Translations under genes and position numbers: made by a program
Notes under the pieces: model-generated
What the model saw: the letters and a program-made list of their open reading frames with translations, nothing else
Told to the model about the DNA's origin: nothing
Database searches by the model: none
Assembly (NCBI GenBank): GCA_964035545.1
Contig: OZ037773.1
Span: 711,751 to 775,750 of the forward strand
Direction: 5' to 3'
DNA length: 64,000 nucleotides
From: Bugula neritina
Lineage: Eukaryota; Animalia; Bryozoa
Part shown: positions 59,014-64,000 of the stretch, in pieces
Layout of the letters: the number at the start of each line of letters is the position of its first letter
Position numbering within the stretch: position 1 is the first letter of the stretch

Positions 59014-60432
59014 TTATGTGTGGATAGTTATGGCCACGTGTCCATTTGATTGTGTAATATCACCAGTATGCTCATCGGCTGACGGCGACAGCGCCTTCGG
59101 GAGGTGCGTTCTCTGCCCCAGAGGCTTCAACTTGAACGCATTGAGATAGAAGTTACCCTCCGTCCTCAGCTCCTCAGTTATGTGGGTCTTTTTGAACTTG
59201 CCGAGGTTGGACATGGAGAGGACCGTCCCTTCCTGACTATCGCTCTCCAGACTTTTCTTGGCCAACTCGACATAGTCTAGAGAGATACCACAGAACTGGA
59301 AAAGCAGAGTGAGGGTGGCGTGCTTGTGCTCCACAATATCTTCATATAGAATGGCCCTGACCTTAGACTTGGTTGTTGTCACCATCTCAGTGTAGTGACT
59401 GCAGTAGCAGCCCCACTGTATCACCAGCAGCCCAAACTTGGTGGCTTCCAGCTGCAGTTTCGAGTCACTGAGCCACTGGTGAGTTTCTAGAGTGTGGGGC
59501 GCTGCAAGAGTCTTCAGTAGGACGTGTGGCGAGCGAATGAGAAACCTAGTGATGGCGCTTTCTCTCATCTTGAGGATGAGGTTGAGGAAGAAATGCTTGT
59601 TGAGAGACCTGATGTATGACTGGACGGTATCGAGGCAGTCTCGGTACAGAAATAGGTTAGTGTGATCCGGGAAATACTCCTCCAGACCCGGCACGTCCAT
59701 GACACCTGACAACGTACAGTTTTTGATAAACAGAATGTCTGGGTTATGCTCGTTTGGCTTGCACATCATTCTCACCGTGGCTATGAAACTCTGCTTGTAG
59801 TCCTCACTGTTTAAGTACTGGCGGAACTTTTTGGTGCCAAATGCCTGGGCGGCCTCGTTCCTAGCTGTGAACAAGCACATGGGCTCTGACTCGGTGGTGC
59901 AGTTTGGGACGGCTTCAAATACTTGACTCATGGCAGTGCTACCACAGCGCCCCGTGCTGTGCAGCCAAATTACCTTCATTTTGGGGTCACCCAACTCCTC
60001 CGCACACCTTACGAATGAAGATATGGGTAATATTATGAACTTTACTGCCTGTTCAAATTGTCCTATGTGGATAAAAGGACTCTTGCGACAATCGAATATG
60101 TCGTAGTCACTGGGTACCTCCACAAACAGCGCCAAGTCCATCTCAACAGCCAGCAAAGACACGTTATGTCTCAGCACGTAGTTGGGGTGCTCGAAGCTTC
60201 TGTGGGTGCCAATAAAGTTTCTATGACTGACCAATTGGAAGGGTTCTTTCTTGCACTTCCACACAACATCAAACACCTGAGCAGATCTGTCATAGAGTTG
60301 TCCTTCCTCGATCTGATTTACAATGTCGCCCATACCATTGCAGAACCAGTACAATCTCTGAATGAATGTGTAGAGGAAGAAGAGTGGCATATAGATGAAT
60401 ATATAAAACAGTCCAGAGGCAAACACTCCCAT
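59014..60432 (-). CDS. Sulfotransferase-like P-loop protein with N-terminal membrane anchor, 472 aa, single coding exon
   Basis: Long clean ORF with a hydrophobic N-terminus; 5'-PSB-like HSTGRCGSTAMSQVF, 3'-PB-like FLYRDCLDTVQSY and ILYEDIV motifs. An acceptor just upstream (~60462) suggests a 5'-UTR intron. Confidence 0.8.
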   Translation of the reverse strand: MGVFASGLFYIFIYMPLFFLYTFIQRLYWFCNGMGDIVNQIEEGQLYDRSAQVFDVVWKCKKEPFQLVSHRNFIGTHRSFEHPNYVLRHNVSLLAVEMDLALFVEVPSDYDIFDCRKSPFIHIGQFEQAVKFIILPISSFVRCAEELGDPKMKVIWLHSTGRCGSTAMSQVFEAVPNCTTESEPMCLFTARNEAAQAFGTKKFRQYLNSEDYKQSFIATVRMMCKPNEHNPDILFIKNCTLSGVMDVPGLEEYFPDHTNLFLYRDCLDTVQSYIRSLNKHFFLNLILKMRESAITRFLIRSPHVLLKTLAAPHTLETHQWLSDSKLQLEATKFGLLVIQWGCYCSHYTEMVTTTKSKVRAILYEDIVEHKHATLTLLFQFCGISLDYVELAKKSLESDSQEGTVLSMSNLGKFKKTHITEELRTEGNFYLNAFKLKPLGQRTHLPKALSPSADEHTGDITQSNGHVAITIHT

Positions 60433-62011
60433 GATGGTACTCTAAGCACACAACTCTCAGCCTGAAAGAATATAATTTAATTTTAATAATAAAACTCTGA
60501 TAACTACAGGTAAGAGTGTAGAAGTCAGGTACAATAAACAAGTTAAAACAAAAAAGTCCAGTCACATTTAGATGGCATGAAACACGATTCACAAGAATAA
60601 TAGGTAAATATATATCATGTGATGCCACTGAATATATAATACAGCAGAATGTTTTGAGGCATAACAGTTGAGCAAAACATATTAACATTTGTTGCTCTGC
60701 AAAGAAAAGGTTGGAAGGTCAAACACAATGTACAGAGTTTTACAGCTAATTTGTTGAGTGTAAAAATTTTACATCTCAGAATGAGGGACTGAGAGAATGT
60801 AACATGACATTAGCAAGTTATCTTCCAATACCAAGACTTGTAGGTCAATAGGATAAGGGGATAGGCTAGTTGAGTATCATGGAGTACTTGCAGAGCATAT
60901 ATTAACAACTGGAGTGCATAAAAGTTATAGAAAGGAACAGAGTGGTAATTCAATATTTCTATTGGGTATTTCAAGATACTTCAAGTTGATAATATTACAG
61001 CAGTATTTGTTCTCATGGTGAGAGGCTATCCCACATCTAGCTAACTGACCCGCAAGACTGACTAGTCACTAGTTAAAGAACTCAGCTCAAAATACTTCAA
61101 TAGGAAACAGGAGCATTGAATGGGACAGAACACCATAGCCTGAGAACCCCAACACCCTATGAACTAACAACGGCTAGTTGTTAAACCCCCACACTGATAA
61201 AACCAGCAAATCAACTGTTGCCCAATTAAGAGATAAAATGGCCAAAAGTGAACAATGTAGTTATGCAATCAAAATGTTAGAAAACAACAAACATTTTATC
61301 ATTTTCAACATGATAATATTGGTGGAACAAGCATGGCAATGGGTGAGTCACCAGCATTACGTTAATGACCCACAAACAGGGTACAACAGAGTGTGGAGGT
61401 AAATAAACTACAGGCTACAATAGGACATTTGAAATTATTTTCCATCAAATCCAGCTTACATTATAATGAAGCTAACATATATCAATTATGCATCCACAGT
61501 GATTTCAAAGGGGATCTAGGGTGTCACATTAGCAAGTATATGAAAATATGTATCAAGTATAACATATTATTATAGATGAAACGTGTTAGCAGCTACTAGC
61601 TGGTAGATCTACTGGTGACTCATGCACACATACACTTCTCCATAAAAGGTCACATATTTTAAATACTAGAGTTTGACATTAGATGTCTTTGGCGGGTTGA
61701 CTTTTTACCATGCTAACTTTACACTTTCTATGGGTTATAACCTCTAGAGTCTAGTTGCTAGATGATTGTGCTGCCACAGGTTTGCTGCTGATCATGAAGC
61801 AGTGTGCTAGTAGCTGCCAATAAAGCAGCTGATTCACGCTGCAATAAAATATCAACTAACCTACTGGTCAGTTGATGAAATCATTAGCTAAACCTACCAG
61901 CATAGAATAGTCACTAGGGCACGCTTTCACTATATCTACACATGTCAGGCGTGCTATGTAAGATCAATGAATGATTAGCAATGAGTAATTCTACTAATTT
62001 CTAGGTCACAC

Positions 62012-62713
62012 GATACAGACAGTGTAGTGAGATACAGACACTGTAGTATGATACAGACAGTGTAGTGAGATACAGTGTAGTGTGATACAGACAGTGTAGT
62101 GAGATACAGACACTGTAGTGTGATACAGACAGTGTAGTATGATACAGACACTGTAGTGTGATACAGACACTGTAGTGAGATACAGTGTAGTGAGATACAG
62201 ACAGTGTAGTGAGATACAGACACTGTAGTGTGATACAGACACTGTAGTGAGATACAGACACTGTAGTGTGATACAGACACTGTAGTGAGATACAGACACT
62301 GTAGTGAGATACAGACACTGTAGTGAGATACAGACACTGTAGTGTGATACAGACACTGTAGTGAGATACAAACACTGTAGTGAGATACAGACACTGTAGT
62401 GTGATACAGACACTGTAGTGAGATACAGACACTGTAGTGTGATACAGACACTGTAGTGAGATACAGACACTGTAGTGTGATACAGACACTGTAGTGAGAT
62501 ACAGACACTGTAGTGTGATACAGACACTGTAGTGAGATACAGACACTGTAGTGTGATACAGACACTGTAGTGAGATACAGACACTGTAGTGTGATACAGA
62601 CACTGTAGTGAGATACAGACACTGTAGTGAGATACAGACACTGTAGTGTGATACAGACACTGTAGTGAGATACAGACACTGTAGTGTGATACAGACACTG
62701 TAGTGAGATACAG
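62012..62713. repeat. 19-bp minisatellite (GATACAGACACTGTAGTG[A/T])
   Basis: Direct reading; it explains three spurious minus-strand ORFs. Confidence 0.98.
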
Positions 62714-63436
62714 ATAGTGATCAATAGTAGAAAAGGACAGCCAGCCAGGTGCTGTCACGTACTGGAAGGGACAATTGCCAGAATAGTCTGAGATCACAAA
62801 AATGAACAAATCAAGGATTCAACAAAACACAAGCGCCACCCATAACCATCCTGATTATGGTAATTTGAATACGTTAATATTGGGCCAACATTGAGAAAGT
62901 GTCAGAGTTTAAACTGACCTAGTTTAACATTACATTGAGTCATGAATCTATGATGGGCCTTTCTCAGAGTAGCTATTGCTATTGTGACACCTGTGCAAGT
63001 GCTTTGTTCCGCAGACCGGCCTGCTATAGGCCATTATTATTCTTATAACCAGTGGGTTGTTAACCTCACAAATTGAGTGCTAAAAGCTGCATAGAATAGT
63101 TTTGAGGGTTCAACAGCACAATGTGATGAGAGCATTGGCCTTGGGTGAATGCATAGCTTACAGTGTTTTTAACCTCAACATCCATCGCTGCTGGACTATC
63201 AAGTATCAGTCATAGTTATTTCAACAGCAGTTGCAGTATCTGCAGCATTCAGGTGCTTTATAATGCAGGACAGCTGTTTGAGGCTTTTAGTGTGGCGTCT
63301 AGCTGCTGCTACCAGCATCACGGATGCAAATTTAGTAACTTCTTGTTATTAACTACTAAGTTTAGCACTAACTACTCTCTTAATAACTACTAAGTTGTAG
63401 CACCAGCAATACTACATGTTATTGTACTAACTAGCA

Positions 63437-63522
63437 CCCATACACGATAGCATAGCTTATGGTCCACCCATACACAATAGCATAGCTTATGGTCCATCCA
63501 TACACAATAGCATAGCTTATGA
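63437..63522. repeat. 30-bp tandem repeat, ~3 copies
   Basis: Unit approximately CCCATACACAATAGCATAGCTTATGGTCCA. Confidence 0.85.
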
Positions 63523-64000
63523 TCCCGAGTTGGACTCTGGAGGTTGAAGGGAAGGGCAATCTGACAACACAAATCAATTCAACTTAGGTTGAAATTCGTT
63601 GAGTCCAAAAAGGGGTGGGGGATAAAATAGACAGGCTATTGGTGAGGAAGTGCTACTCTCCTGTAGATTGTATGAAGTAAGGAGTGTATGATGACACAGA
63701 GGGGGTGACAAAGATTATAGCAAGGAGTGTAGGAGCACACAGAGGAGATGACAAAGAGTGGAGAAATAGAGTTAACAAAGAAAACACATGATTGAAGTTA
63801 GTTTTAGTACAACATTTTGAGCTGAACGATGAATTATCATATCACTCCTACGACTGTGATAGATGAGCTTCAGAGGGAGAGCTTGTGCTACCAGATACTC
63901 ATTGAGTATACAGACACAGTGAGATAAATATATGTAGAGAGCGAAAGATATATACAGAGAGAGTGAGAGATATATAGAGAGACAGTGAAAGATATATACA

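Noticed and set aside
61975-62809. 219-267 aa minus-strand ORFs
   Set aside because: Translations of the 19-bp minisatellite. A short flanking exon-like stretch at ~62720-62787 could not be tied to any gene.

Overview
AT-rich, intron-containing eukaryotic DNA from an invertebrate animal; no prokaryotic features or CRISPR arrays were seen. I reconstructed five host genes by hand from splice sites and reading-frame phases. (1) A signal-peptide/3-Ig-domain/TM receptor (+, 2273-12941) has an in-frame TAA just ahead of an intact cytoplasmic exon. (2) An 18-exon, apparently CARD-less RIG-I-like receptor helicase lies on the minus strand (15497-29876, ~816 aa). (3) A senju-like SLC35A nucleotide-sugar transporter (+, 37163-42398). 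(4) FAM177A1 (+, 53288-58002). (5) A single-coding-exon sulfotransferase-like gene (-, 59014-60432). Mobile DNA includes three related Gypsy elements. One is intact and young with a -1 frameshift signal, one is internally deleted with near-identical LTRs, and one is a decayed fragment; the last two share an extra C2H2 zinc-finger ORF downstream of pol. Also present are two Penelope-like foldback insertions in (TA)n carrying four hammerhead ribozyme motifs, a Zator-like DNA transposon, a hAT MITE, LINE fragments and a 200-bp-arm hairpin. Many minisatellites occur, several starting or ending at splice sites. All family assignments come from motif recognition; no database search was run.
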